Assembly: GCA_034530875.2 (NCBI GenBank)
Contig: JAVRCJ020000002.1
Span: 342,840 to 406,839, forward strand
From: Nostoc sp. DedSLP01
Lineage (GTDB): Bacteria > Cyanobacteriota > Cyanobacteriia > Cyanobacteriales > Nostocaceae
DNA length: 64,000 nt
Direction: 5' to 3'
Below, one piece after another: positions 51,162-61,293 of the stretch (within the stretch, counting starts at the first letter, position 1; every line of letters begins with the position of its first letter). The translations under genes were made by a program, and so were the position numbers. Below the pieces are notes generated by a model that was given only the letters and a program-made list of their open reading frames with translations, did not search any database and was not told where the DNA came from.

Positions 51162-52652
51162 TTAAAGTCCTAAATCTACGGCTATGCGATGGGCGCAAGC
51201 AAACCCAGAAAAAGCTACTGCATTCAATCCCTGACCGGGAAAGGTACTATCCCCCACGCAATAAAGCCCTGGAATAGCGGTGCGATTAAAGGGCATCTTC
51301 AACAAACCGGGTAATTTACGTCGGGGAATTGGGCCGTAAGTACCATCTTCACGACCTAAAAAGCGGCGATGGGTGCGGGGTGTTCCTACTTCCAAATAAT
51401 CCAATCCCGCATCTAAGCCTGGAAAAATGTTTTCTAGGCGGTCAATAATTCGCCAAGCTGCCTCTTCTTTCTTGGCTTCGTATTCAGCCGGAGAAAGCCC
51501 TAGCCATTCATCAATCCAGTGAGGCGTGAAGGCGTGAATGATATGATATCCACTTGGTGCTAAATCTGGGTCGAGCAATGTGGGAATGGAAACAAAAATT
51601 GTGCCTTCCACAGCCATCATCTTTTCCCAGTCTTCCAGCAAAATGTGATGGCAATCTGTCCCTTCAGGTAGAACTGACTGCTTTACCCCGATATGTAAAC
51701 TCAAGAAGCTAGGTGATTTTTGATAATTTTGTTGCCACTTTTTCTCATTATGCGGTATTTTCTCTGCTGGTAGTAATTGTTGAAATGTATCCCAGCGTGT
51801 CGCATTAGATACTATGCGTTTACCCCGATAAACTTTACCATTAGCTAGCTGCACGCCCACGGCTTGCCCATCTTCTATAAGGATTTTCCTGACCCTGGCT
51901 TGGTACATAATCTGACCTCCAGCCTTTTCTAAACCCTCGACCAGTTTTTGAGCAATTTGGCCTACTCCGCCTTTGGGATAGTTAACTCCGCCGTAATGCC
52001 TATCAGAAAAGACCATCCCAGCATTAATCATTGGCGTCATGTCTGCTGGAACCACCGACCAGCAATAACATTCCATATCGATAAATTTCAATAATTGGGG
52101 GTCTTTGATGTAGCGTCGCGCTATATCCCCGGCATTTTGAGGCAGATACTTAACTAAACCGAGACACGCTAAAGGATGCTGGAAAAATACCCGCATCAGA
52201 TACCGAGGTTCTTCCAGCGACAGTAAATCGATGTTATTGAGGCAGTTGAATACTTTTTGGCATTCGTCATAAAAGCGACGAATCCCTTGTTCTTCATGGC
52301 GAAAATGAGCAGTAAGGTTTTGCAAAAATTTTTCATAAACCCGGTCAACTTTCAGTTCTAGACCTCCAGGCAGATGATAGTGAATTTGCACTGGATCTGC
52401 GATCGCCTCTAGGCTAACATCCACAGCTGACAAGGCGCGGGTGAGTAAATTAGTAGTGCCATTTTGCCCCAGCCCAAAAATCATCGAAGCGCCAACATCA
52501 AATCGATAACCTTGACGTTCAAAATAACCAGCACTACCACCAGGGATGGAATAACTTTCCAGTACCAGCACAGTTGCTCCCTTCGCTGTTAACTGAGTCG
52601 CTGTTACTAAACCTCCAATCCCAGACCCAATCACGATCGCATCAAATGTCAT
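51162..52652 (-). CDS. crtH: Carotenoid (prolycopene) isomerase
   Basis: GSGIGG FAD motif, FDVGASMIFG, TPMINAGMVFSDRHYGGVNYPKGG, GDSTFPGQGLNAVAFSG. Confidence 0.93.
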   Translation of the reverse strand: MTFDAIVIGSGIGGLVTATQLTAKGATVLVLESYSIPGGSAGYFERQGYRFDVGASMIFGLGQNGTTNLLTRALSAVDVSLEAIADPVQIHYHLPGGLELKVDRVYEKFLQNLTAHFRHEEQGIRRFYDECQKVFNCLNNIDLLSLEEPRYLMRVFFQHPLACLGLVKYLPQNAGDIARRYIKDPQLLKFIDMECYCWSVVPADMTPMINAGMVFSDRHYGGVNYPKGGVGQIAQKLVEGLEKAGGQIMYQARVRKILIEDGQAVGVQLANGKVYRGKRIVSNATRWDTFQQLLPAEKIPHNEKKWQQNYQKSPSFLSLHIGVKQSVLPEGTDCHHILLEDWEKMMAVEGTIFVSIPTLLDPDLAPSGYHIIHAFTPHWIDEWLGLSPAEYEAKKEEAAWRIIDRLENIFPGLDAGLDYLEVGTPRTHRRFLGREDGTYGPIPRRKLPGLLKMPFNRTAIPGLYCVGDSTFPGQGLNAVAFSGFACAHRIAVDLGL

Positions 52653-52752
52653 TAGTCATTTGTCCTTGGTCATTAGTCATTAGTTATCGGTCATTAGTCA
52701 TACTAACGCCACATTTCCAATGCTCAATATCCCATAACTCATGCCCAATCGC

Positions 52753-52823
52753 AAAAAAGAGGGACAAGCCTGCTGCCGCTGGCTAATCCCGTCTGCCGAT
52801 CCTTAAAGAGAGGAGAACACTGT
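52753..52823 (-). ncRNA. isaR1: Iron-stress-activated sRNA, IsaR1-like
   Basis: ACAGTGTTCTCCTCTCTTTAAGGATCGGCAGACGGGATTAGCCAGCGGCAGCAGGCTTGTCCCTCTTTTTT: anti-SD-like 5' seed, terminator hairpin with U-run, own promoter and Fur box, next to crtH. Identity recalled, not searched. Confidence 0.8.
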
Positions 52824-52828
52824 ATAAC

Positions 52829-52879
52829 AATATAGCCTTGATTGAGAATTGCTGTCAACTGCTAATGCAAATTATTATC
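52829..52879 (-). promoter_or_regulatory. Sigma70-type promoter and Fur box of the sRNA
   Basis: TTGACA (52858-52853), 18 bp, TATATT (52834-52829); GATAATAATTTGCATTAGC (52879-52861) matches the 19-bp Fur consensus at 14/19. Confidence 0.75.
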
Positions 52880-53049
52880 AACAAAAAGAGGATAAATTAA
52901 TTTTAGCCATTATCGAAGACAACAAGTCGATAGCCAATTTGGTTCTGGGTCAACTTTCACACTTAAGTAGACGGACATAATTAAATGTAAAATCCAAAGC
53001 AGCAAAACCTTTTCCTGTTGAGGGTTTTACCTTCTGCCTTCTACTCAAA

Positions 53050-53748
53050 CTACCTCGTTCTCATAAGATTGGCTTGTGAGTTGAGCTTACCGTCTTCCAT
53101 GTGAACGATGCGATCGGCAATATCTAGGATGCGGTTGTCATGAGTAACCATCAAGATGGTACAGCCTTGTTCTTTTGCCAGTTTTTGCATGAGGTTGACT
53201 ACATCTCGTCCCGATTGACTGTCAAGGGCGGCGGTAGGTTCATCAGCAAGGATAATTTGAGGATGGCTGACTAAAGCGCGGGCGATCGCTACCCTTTGTT
53301 TTTGTCCCCCAGACAGTTTATCAGGATAGTAATGCAAGTGATTTCCCAATCCTACCTGCTCTAGCATCTGGGCTGACCGGATTCGCATATTTTTTAAGCC
53401 AATATGCTTGTGTAATTCCAAAGCCATTTTCACGTTTTGCAGTGCCGTCAAACTACCATGCAAATTATGTCCTTGGAAAATATAGCCGTTATGTCGTCGC
53501 ACCTGTACTAATTTTTGGGGGCTTGCACCACAAAGTTCTCGTCCCAACACGCGCAAACTACCAGATTGCGCAGAACGCAAACCACCCACTAAAGTCAACA
53601 GAGTAGTCTTTCCAGAACCAGATGGCCCGGTCATGATAATAATTTCACCAGCATAAATCTCCAAGTTGATATTACATAAAACTTGCTTGCGAAGTGAGCC
53701 ATGACCAAAGTAGTGGTCGAGATTATGGATGGAGATGATGGGAAGCAT
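53050..53748 (-). CDS. DevA-family ABC transporter ATP-binding protein (cassette 2)
   Basis: GPSGSGKTT, LSGGQKQRVAIARAL, ADEPTAALD, VTHD. The extension to 53829 only translates STRR repeats. Confidence 0.92.
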   Translation of the reverse strand: MLPIISIHNLDHYFGHGSLRKQVLCNINLEIYAGEIIIMTGPSGSGKTTLLTLVGGLRSAQSGSLRVLGRELCGASPQKLVQVRRHNGYIFQGHNLHGSLTALQNVKMALELHKHIGLKNMRIRSAQMLEQVGLGNHLHYYPDKLSGGQKQRVAIARALVSHPQIILADEPTAALDSQSGRDVVNLMQKLAKEQGCTILMVTHDNRILDIADRIVHMEDGKLNSQANLMRTR

Positions 53749-53868
53749 ATTAGGGAAGTGGGGAATGGGGAGTGGGGAATGGGGAGTGGGGAGTGGAGAT
53801 TGGGAAAATATAAATAAAACTTCCCACATCTTCCCTATTCCCTACTCCCCACTCCCTACCCCCTATTT

Positions 53869-55041
53869 TCAAAACATATCAGCGGGGTCAGTGGCTTGGA
53901 GTTTGCGGGTGGCGATCGCACCGGAAATTGCACACATAATTACAGTTAGGACTAATACTTGTAATGCCCGAATCCCTGTTATATACATGGGCAAATTTGT
54001 TGCTTTGCGAGTCAGATGGTAAAGTGCTAAAGATACTCCCAATCCGGGAAAAAAGCCTAGTGCTGCCAATATCAAAGACTCTTCAAGTACGACACCTAGC
54101 AAGTAGTAATTGCGATATCCCATTGCTTTGAAGGTGGCGTATTCCCGAACGTGGGCATTAACGTCGGTGGAGAGGACTTGATACACAATAATCACACCCA
54201 CCACAAAACCCATCGATACACCAAGATTGAAAATAAACCCGATGGGGGAATTTGTTCTCCAGAAGTTATTTTCAAATTCAATAAATTCTGCGTGGGTTAA
54301 GACTCTGACATCATCTCTGAGGTAAGCTCTAAGCATTGCTGCAACTTTTTTTGGGTCATAGCCTGGTTTTATTTGGATCAAACCTAGACTGACGCTGCTG
54401 GACTGTCGTCCAGAAAATAGCCGCAAAAAATTTTGATCGCTGGTAATCAAGTTGCCTTCAGCACCGAAAGAAGCCCCGACTTGGAATAAACCGCTGATGA
54501 TAATTGTTTGGCGTTCTATTTCCGCAGTGACAATTTTACCTTCTTCAATTTGAGCGATCGCTTTTTGATAATCTCCTCTAGCACCACGGTCGAACAAGAC
54601 CGCACCCGGCAGCTTAATTGCTGGCAATTGCTGGTTAACATCTGGTAAATCAAAAGCTGGCTTGTCTGGGTTAAAGCCGATAACTAAGACCCCCGTTTCG
54701 CGGTGTGTTAGAGGATTTTTCCAGATTGTGTTATTGAAATACATCGGTTCTGCTGACTTTACCCCTGGTATATCCATTGCTTGATAAAGTCGCCGCCGAG
54801 AAAACGTAGACAAGCTTGGCAAATTACGGGCTTGGGGACTGGTTAAAACAATATCTGCTTGCAAACTGCGATGTAGTCTAGTGTTACTGTCATACAGCGC
54901 AGTTTGAAAGCCCAGCTGCATGAACATCAGCAAATCGGCAAAGGCAATGCCTAACAATGCCACCAAAAGACGACTTTTTTCATGACTCAGTTGCAGCCAT
55001 CCTAAAGGGGTTCGGCGTCGCAGTTGTTCAATCAATCCCAT
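53869..55041 (-). CDS. DevC-family ABC permease (cassette 2)
   Basis: PLGWLQL, GIAFADLLMFMQLGF, YQVLSTDV..H..EYATFKAMGY, DPADMF. Confidence 0.92.
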   Translation of the reverse strand: MGLIEQLRRRTPLGWLQLSHEKSRLLVALLGIAFADLLMFMQLGFQTALYDSNTRLHRSLQADIVLTSPQARNLPSLSTFSRRRLYQAMDIPGVKSAEPMYFNNTIWKNPLTHRETGVLVIGFNPDKPAFDLPDVNQQLPAIKLPGAVLFDRGARGDYQKAIAQIEEGKIVTAEIERQTIIISGLFQVGASFGAEGNLITSDQNFLRLFSGRQSSSVSLGLIQIKPGYDPKKVAAMLRAYLRDDVRVLTHAEFIEFENNFWRTNSPIGFIFNLGVSMGFVVGVIIVYQVLSTDVNAHVREYATFKAMGYRNYYLLGVVLEESLILAALGFFPGLGVSLALYHLTRKATNLPMYITGIRALQVLVLTVIMCAISGAIATRKLQATDPADMF

Positions 55042-55136
55042 AGTTTGGAGTGAGTGGAGAATCGAGGGCAGGGGAGGCAGGGGAGGCAGGGGAGGCAGAG
55101 GAGAATAATTAATAACTAATGACTAATGACCAATGA

Positions 55137-56342
55137 CTAATGACTAATTTCAATTACTGTTTTGACTTGCATATTGGTGAGGTTGGCGGCTTTTTGGCTG
55201 GAGGCTTCATCTAGTCGGATGTGGACTTGTACTACTCTGCTGTCGATATTGGTGGCAGGATCGGTGTTAATGATATTTTGGCGACGTACTTGTAAGCCTT
55301 TGCGATCTACGATTCCTTGCAGTTCAATTGATAGGAAATCGCCAAAGATTCGTACTTTTTGCCCGGAATGGACTTTGGCAATATCGCTTTCGTAAACTTC
55401 GGCGATGACATACATCTGGGTGGTTTGGCCGATATCAGCAATGCCATCATTGGATACTAATTCCCCAGGATGAGCGTGGATCTCGAATATCTGACCATTT
55501 TGCGGCGATCGCACTTCGGCTTGTTGGAGATTGGCTTTCGCTAGATTCATCGCTGCTATGGTGCGATCGACTTCTGCTTGCGCAGCTGCTATATCCACTC
55601 CTCGGACTTCACTGATTTGATTGAGTGTTGCTGTGGCTTCTTTAATTTGTTGTTGGCTAGCTGATTGGGTACGATTTAACTGTGCTTGGGCTTGTTGCAA
55701 ATTTTTTTGGGCTGTGGCCAAATTTAAACGCTTGCTGTCCCGTTGGGAGGCGGAAATCGCTCCTTGTTGATATAGTTGCTCGTAGCGTTCGTTTTCTGCT
55801 TTGGCGTTTTGCACTTCAGCCTCGAATTTCGCAATTGTCGCTGTTTGGGCGTCGATATCGCCAAGGCGTTCTGCTTTTAAACGAGCGATCGCAGCTTGTT
55901 GGGCGGTAATTTCACCGCGTTTGACACCTGCTTGAGTGCGGTTTAAGTTCGCTTGGGCTACTTTTACCTGTTCTTGGGCTTCTTTTAATGCTGCTTCTAG
56001 GCGATCGTAGCTGCTCAAAACCGCAATTAACTGTCCTGCTTTTACCCGATCTCCTTCCTTTACCAACAACTTTTCTACCCGGCTTCCTTCCACAGACCCC
56101 GCAGCAGATAGTTTAATTACCTCCCCTTGTGGTTCAATTCTTCCTAAGGCTGTTACTGTTTTTAATTGTGGCAATTGCGTTCCTTCTACTTGTGCTTCTT
56201 GAGTAGCAGGATTTTGCCAAAGTTTTATTGTATAAAAACTTATTCCGCCAACCAATAAAGACGCAATTATACCTATAGCAACGGATGGACGCAGAAGAGA
56301 CTTAGGGGATGGTATATACCCTAGCTTTGAGTTTCGCACCAT
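55137..56342 (-). CDS. DevB-family membrane fusion protein (cassette 2)
   Basis: N-terminal TM, VTALGRIEPQGEV, coiled coil, MYVIAEVYESDI, LTNMQV. Confidence 0.92.
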   Translation of the reverse strand: MVRNSKLGYIPSPKSLLRPSVAIGIIASLLVGGISFYTIKLWQNPATQEAQVEGTQLPQLKTVTALGRIEPQGEVIKLSAAGSVEGSRVEKLLVKEGDRVKAGQLIAVLSSYDRLEAALKEAQEQVKVAQANLNRTQAGVKRGEITAQQAAIARLKAERLGDIDAQTATIAKFEAEVQNAKAENERYEQLYQQGAISASQRDSKRLNLATAQKNLQQAQAQLNRTQSASQQQIKEATATLNQISEVRGVDIAAAQAEVDRTIAAMNLAKANLQQAEVRSPQNGQIFEIHAHPGELVSNDGIADIGQTTQMYVIAEVYESDIAKVHSGQKVRIFGDFLSIELQGIVDRKGLQVRRQNIINTDPATNIDSRVVQVHIRLDEASSQKAANLTNMQVKTVIEISH

Positions 56343-56794
56343 AGATTACCTCTTAACTAGTGGCGCAGAAAAAATAACAAATTGAAGAACCAGTTAGAAA
56401 TCAGAATTTACAGATTTTTGATTTATCACTTCAAAATCCTAAACAAAATTAAAAATTGTTGAGATTTTAGTTAGATAAGGTGATTTACCCAGATAGGAGA
56501 ACAAAACTCTCTACTCAATCGGAGATTTCTGTTCCTAGCGAGCTACTTTTGTTTTATAAAAGTACTTAGGCTATACTAAACGTTTTTAAAATTACGCGTT
56601 GTAACAGCGCCAACAATCAGATCTAAATTAAGCAAATCTAAATGAATATTTGTCTGCTTGTAAACCAAGCAAATTAATGGTAAACTCTTTTTTGCAATAT
56701 TTAATAGCCTCTACATTTAGACTAATATACGCTTAGCATCAAGTAAATATAATAATTATTTTTGATTTTTGAAAAATAAAAATATAAAACTATT

Positions 56795-57547
56795 ATGAGT
56801 CTTTTTTGTCTAGTTCATGGTGCTTTCCAAGGTGCTTGGTGTTGGGATTTGCTAATTCCTTACTTAGAAGCGCAAGGTCACAAAACAGTAGCAATGGATT
56901 TGCCAATTGAAGATGCATCTGCAAATTTATCGCAATTTGCGGATATCGTATCTCAAGCACTTCCAAGAACTGATGATGATATTGTGCTGGTTGGTCACTC
57001 AATGGCTGGTACAGTCATTCCCCTTGTTGCAGAAGCCCATCCAGTACGCGAACTGGTTTTCTTGACTGCGCTTATTCCATATCCAGGAATGAGTACCATC
57101 GATCAGTTTTATCATCATCTCGATTCTGATAGCCTCAAATCATTAAATTACCAACCAAAAGATTTACGTCAACTCGCACAATTTAATGATGAACCTTATA
57201 TATTTAATCCAGTTTCTACTGGTAGAGACTTTGAAGATGAAGCCGTATTAATGGAAATTTTCTATCAAGATTGTCAACCAGATATAATGCGCTGGGCGCT
57301 TTCAAAAAAGCGATCGCAGCAATCACTGGCATATATTTTTGAAGCCAATCCTCTGAAGGCTTTACCAAAAGTAGAGTATAAATATATTCTTTGTACTGAT
57401 GACTCGATTCTCTCTCCTGCATGGTCGCGCTACGCTGCACGTAAGCGCTTGGGAGTTGATGCCATAGAGTTGCCTGGAGGACATTGCCCGCACTTGTCTC
57501 GTCCTGCGGAACTTGCATCAGTATTAACTAATGAGAAACTAGGCTAA
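56795..57547 (+). CDS. Alpha/beta hydrolase (methylesterase-like)
   Basis: LVHGAFQGAWCW, GHSMAG nucleophile elbow, DD, GGHCP. Confidence 0.88.
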   Translation: MSLFCLVHGAFQGAWCWDLLIPYLEAQGHKTVAMDLPIEDASANLSQFADIVSQALPRTDDDIVLVGHSMAGTVIPLVAEAHPVRELVFLTALIPYPGMSTIDQFYHHLDSDSLKSLNYQPKDLRQLAQFNDEPYIFNPVSTGRDFEDEAVLMEIFYQDCQPDIMRWALSKKRSQQSLAYIFEANPLKALPKVEYKYILCTDDSILSPAWSRYAARKRLGVDAIELPGGHCPHLSRPAELASVLTNEKLG

Positions 57548-57567
57548 AATCTGCTTCACTGCTGCCT

Positions 57568-58272
57568 TTAAGTTACTGACACAACAGCACGATCGCTTAC
57601 TAGTTTCCCATCTTCCATACGAACAATGCGATCGCCAATATCTAAAATCCGGTTGTCATGAGTAACTAAAAGAATTGTACAACCTTGTTCTTTTGCCAAT
57701 TTTTGCATTAGATTAACCACATCTCGTCCCGATTTACTATCAAGGGCGGCGGTGGGTTCATCTGCTAAAACAATTTTAGGACGGCTAACTAAAGCACGAG
57801 CGATCGCTACTCTTTGTTTTTGTCCCCCCGATAAATCATCAGGATAATAATTTAGGCGTTCTCCTAACCCTACCTCCTCTAACATTTGGGCTGACCTACT
57901 TTTCATTTCTGAAGGCGAAATATCCTTGTGAACTTCCAGCCCCATTCTGACGTTTTGCAATGCTGTCAAGCTAGCGTGGAGATTATGTGCTTGAAAAATA
58001 TAACCATTATGGCGTCGTGCTTGGGTAAGTTGTCTTGGTTTAGCGCCACAAAGTTCTTGTCCCAAAATCTGCAAACTCCCAGATTGAGCAGAACGCAACC
58101 CACCCACTAACGTCAGCAGCGTAGTTTTACCAGAACCAGATGGGCCTGTCATAATGATAATTTCGCCAGCGTTAATTTCTAAGTTGATATCAAATAAAAT
58201 TTGTTTCTTTAATTGACCGCGGCCAAAATAATGGTTGAGATTGCTAATATAAATTACTCGTTCATTATTCAT
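57568..58272 (-). CDS. DevA-family ABC transporter ATP-binding protein (cassette 1)
   Basis: GPSGSGKTT, LSGGQKQR, ADEPTAALD. Confidence 0.92.
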   Translation of the reverse strand: MNNERVIYISNLNHYFGRGQLKKQILFDINLEINAGEIIIMTGPSGSGKTTLLTLVGGLRSAQSGSLQILGQELCGAKPRQLTQARRHNGYIFQAHNLHASLTALQNVRMGLEVHKDISPSEMKSRSAQMLEEVGLGERLNYYPDDLSGGQKQRVAIARALVSRPKIVLADEPTAALDSKSGRDVVNLMQKLAKEQGCTILLVTHDNRILDIGDRIVRMEDGKLVSDRAVVSVT

Positions 58273-58360
58273 AAATATATTAATTAATTCTTCTTTATTA
58301 TTTCATGATTTATAACTAATAACTAATAACTAATGACTAATAAATAACTAATGACTAATT

Positions 58361-59533
58361 TTAAAACATATCTGCCGGGTCAGCGGACTGTAATTTACGA
58401 GTGGCGATCGCACCAGAAATGATACACATAATCATAGTCAGCACCAATACTGTTAAAGCTCGAGCTAAGGTCATATATACAGGTAAATTTGTAGCATTTC
58501 GAGTTAGGTGATAAAGCCCCAAGGGAACGATCGCACCTGGAATAAAGCCTAGTACTGCCAGAATTATTGCCTCTTCAAACACCACACCTAATAAGTAAAA
58601 ATTGCGGTATCCCATTGCTTTGAATGTGGCATATTCTTTTGTATGGGCGTTTACATCAGTAGATAGAACTTGATAAACGATAATTACGCCTACCAAAAAC
58701 CCCATCATTGCACCCAAGCTAAAAATAAAACCGATGGGAGTGTTTTGCTGCCAATAGTCTTTTTCAAAGGCGATAAATTCCTCTTTGGTAAGAACTTTAA
58801 TATCATCGCCCAAGTAGGATTTTAAGTTTTTTGCTACTTGTTCTGGCTCATAGCCTGGTTGTAGTTGAAGTAAGCCTAGACTCACACTGCTGGCCTGTTG
58901 TCTGGGAAATAGTCGCAGAAAGTTCTGATCGCTAGTAATTAGGCTGCCGTCAGCGATAAAAGAAGCCCCGACTTTGAATAAGCCACCAATAGTAACTGTT
59001 CGCCGTTCTATTTCGGTCGTGACTGGTTTACCTTGTTCAATTTGGGCGATCGCTTCTGTATAATCTCCCCTAGAGGCACTGTCAAACAACACAGTATCCG
59101 GTAGCTGAATCGCCTCTAAGTTGCGGTTAACTTCCGGTAAGTCAAGCATTTGGCGATCGGGATTGAAGCCTATAACTAATACTGCTGTTTCCTGGCGTGT
59201 TTGAGGATTCTTCCAATCGATAAAGTTGATATACATTGGTTCGGCTGACTTTACCCCCGGTATATCCATTGCTTGGTACAGTCGCCGTCGAGGAAATGTA
59301 GACATATTAGCTAAGTTACGTGCCTGGGGACTAACTAACATAATGTCTCCCTGCATACTGCCATGTAACCTAGTGTTACTGTCAAACAGAGCATTCTGAA
59401 ATCCTAGCTGCATGAACATCAGAACATCAGCAAAAGCAATGCCTGACAATGCTACTAAAAAACGCCCTTTCTCGTGACTCAGTTGCAACCATCCTAGAGG
59501 TGTTCGCCGGTGCAGTTGTTTAATCAATCCCAT
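58361..59533 (-). CDS. DevC-family ABC permease (cassette 1)
   Basis: Same motifs and same length (390 aa) as 53869-55041. Confidence 0.92.
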   Translation of the reverse strand: MGLIKQLHRRTPLGWLQLSHEKGRFLVALSGIAFADVLMFMQLGFQNALFDSNTRLHGSMQGDIMLVSPQARNLANMSTFPRRRLYQAMDIPGVKSAEPMYINFIDWKNPQTRQETAVLVIGFNPDRQMLDLPEVNRNLEAIQLPDTVLFDSASRGDYTEAIAQIEQGKPVTTEIERRTVTIGGLFKVGASFIADGSLITSDQNFLRLFPRQQASSVSLGLLQLQPGYEPEQVAKNLKSYLGDDIKVLTKEEFIAFEKDYWQQNTPIGFIFSLGAMMGFLVGVIIVYQVLSTDVNAHTKEYATFKAMGYRNFYLLGVVFEEAIILAVLGFIPGAIVPLGLYHLTRNATNLPVYMTLARALTVLVLTMIMCIISGAIATRKLQSADPADMF

Positions 59534-59611
59534 AGTTTGGAGTGGGTGGGGAGTGGGGAGTGGGGGAGCAGGGGAAGCAGGGGAGAATAATTAATAACTA
59601 ATGACTAATGA

Positions 59612-60925
59612 CTAATTTCCCAATTCAATCACCGCCTTCACTTGCAGATTGGTGAAGCCAGCGGCTTTAATGCTGGATATTCGATTTAACTGCACGTGGA
59701 CTTCTACGACTCTGGCATCGATATTGCTAGAAGGATCGGCGTTGATGATGTTCTGGCGCTTTATCTGCATTCCAATCCAATCTACTTTTCCTACTAATTC
59801 CTGGGGAAGGGAATCGCTGGTTACCCGCACCTGCTGCCCTGGGCGCACTTTGTGGATATCACTTTGGTAGATTTCTGCAATTACATACATTTGGTCAGTT
59901 TGACCGAAATCTACAATGCCGTCATTACCAACAGTTTCCCCCGATCGCGTATTAATATCTAAAATTTGACCCGATTCTGGAACTTTAACGTATGCCTCGG
60001 TCAGCTGTACTTGAATTTTTTCCACTGTGGCTTGAGCGCTTTCTACTTCTGCTTGGGCAATGGCTACATCTGTGGGACGCACTTCAGCAGTTTCGTTGAG
60101 GGTGGCTTTTGCTTCGTTAATTTGCTGTTGTAGAGTAGCGATGGTTCTGTCTCGGTTGGCTTTTGCTTCGTTAATTTGCTGTTCTAGGGTGGCGATGGTT
60201 GTTGTCTGGGTAGCTTGGCTTTCGATTAACTGCTGAGTTGTAGTTGCCGCACTCAAGCGTCTTCGATCGAATTCTTGACTGGAAATTGCCCTTTGTTTGT
60301 ATAAAGCCTCGTAGCGTTGGGCATCAGCTTGAGCGTTAGTTTTTTCGGCTGCTAGGCGAGTGACTGTTGCTTGTAACTGCTGCTTGCGGCCTTTGAGTTC
60401 GGCTTCTAGGCGATTAATTGTCGCTTCCTGAGTTCTGATATTTCCTTCTAGTTCCGCTTGCAGGCGGCTGACACTAGCTTGTCGCGCGCCGATTTCTCCC
60501 TGCTTTGCTCCTGCTTTGACTTGGGCTAGACGGTATTTCGCTACTACAACTTGTTTTTGTGCTTCGCGCAAACTTGCTTGTAAGCGATCGCGACTATCCA
60601 TAATTGCCACTACTTGCCCAAATCTTACCCTATCCCCCTCACTAACCAACAGTTTTTCTACACGACTTCCTTGATTAGAGCTAGGTGCAGACAGTTTTAT
60701 TACTTCTCCTTTTGGTGCTATCCGCCCCAATGCCGTAACTGTTTTTACTATCTGCTTTACCGCCGCTGGTGTTTCTTCCTTTTTATTTACAGTGCTTTGA
60801 GATTTTTGCACCATATAAAGACTTAGCCCAGGTGTAACTAAAGATGCAATTATTGCTAACAGCACAGGCCAGCGAAAATTATTCTCGGAAGACCGTGATT
60901 CTTCTACCTGTAAATTTGGCTCCAT
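59612..60925 (-). CDS. DevB-family membrane fusion protein (cassette 1)
   Basis: VTALGRIAPKGEV, long coiled coil, MYVIAEIYQSDI. ATG at 60925 follows an AGAGGGG RBS. Confidence 0.9.
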   Translation of the reverse strand: MEPNLQVEESRSSENNFRWPVLLAIIASLVTPGLSLYMVQKSQSTVNKKEETPAAVKQIVKTVTALGRIAPKGEVIKLSAPSSNQGSRVEKLLVSEGDRVRFGQVVAIMDSRDRLQASLREAQKQVVVAKYRLAQVKAGAKQGEIGARQASVSRLQAELEGNIRTQEATINRLEAELKGRKQQLQATVTRLAAEKTNAQADAQRYEALYKQRAISSQEFDRRRLSAATTTQQLIESQATQTTTIATLEQQINEAKANRDRTIATLQQQINEAKATLNETAEVRPTDVAIAQAEVESAQATVEKIQVQLTEAYVKVPESGQILDINTRSGETVGNDGIVDFGQTDQMYVIAEIYQSDIHKVRPGQQVRVTSDSLPQELVGKVDWIGMQIKRQNIINADPSSNIDARVVEVHVQLNRISSIKAAGFTNLQVKAVIELGN

Positions 60926-60953
60926 ACCGCCCCCTCTACCAGCGGTCAATAAA

Positions 60954-61004
60954 ACTAAACCGTCTAGTTCTAGAATACTAAACTAAACCGTACAGTTTAG
61001 TCAA
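60954..61004 (-). promoter_or_regulatory. devB promoter with two putative TetR operators
   Basis: ACTAAAC-CGTACA-GTTTAGT (60982-61001) and ACTAAAC-CGTCTA-GTTCTAG (60954-60973); minus strand TTGACT, 18 bp, TAGTAT. Confidence 0.7.
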
Positions 61005-61293
61005 TGTTACGGATCTAAACTTCTATCGATTTGTCTTAAACTAAAAGCTCAGTAAAAATATTTAGTAAATCGGCACAATAAAACGTAACTAAGTAAAGAA
61101 AGATAAACTAAGCTCAAATGCTTTTTATTGCTGCTTTATAACTCGTACTTTTGGAAGTATTTCAACAACAAATATTGATACTGAGTTACTTTGCCGAATT
61201 GTTTCACCAAATAGCATTAATTGTATAAAAAACAGATTTTGTAATTTAACCTTAATGTTTTTTAATATAAATTAACAAATAGGATAGTTAGAA

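Noticed and set aside
56600..56615. NtcA-like site TGTA-N8-AACA upstream of devB cassette 2
   Set aside because: Mismatch to GTA-N8-TAC and no convincing -10 element at the class II distance.
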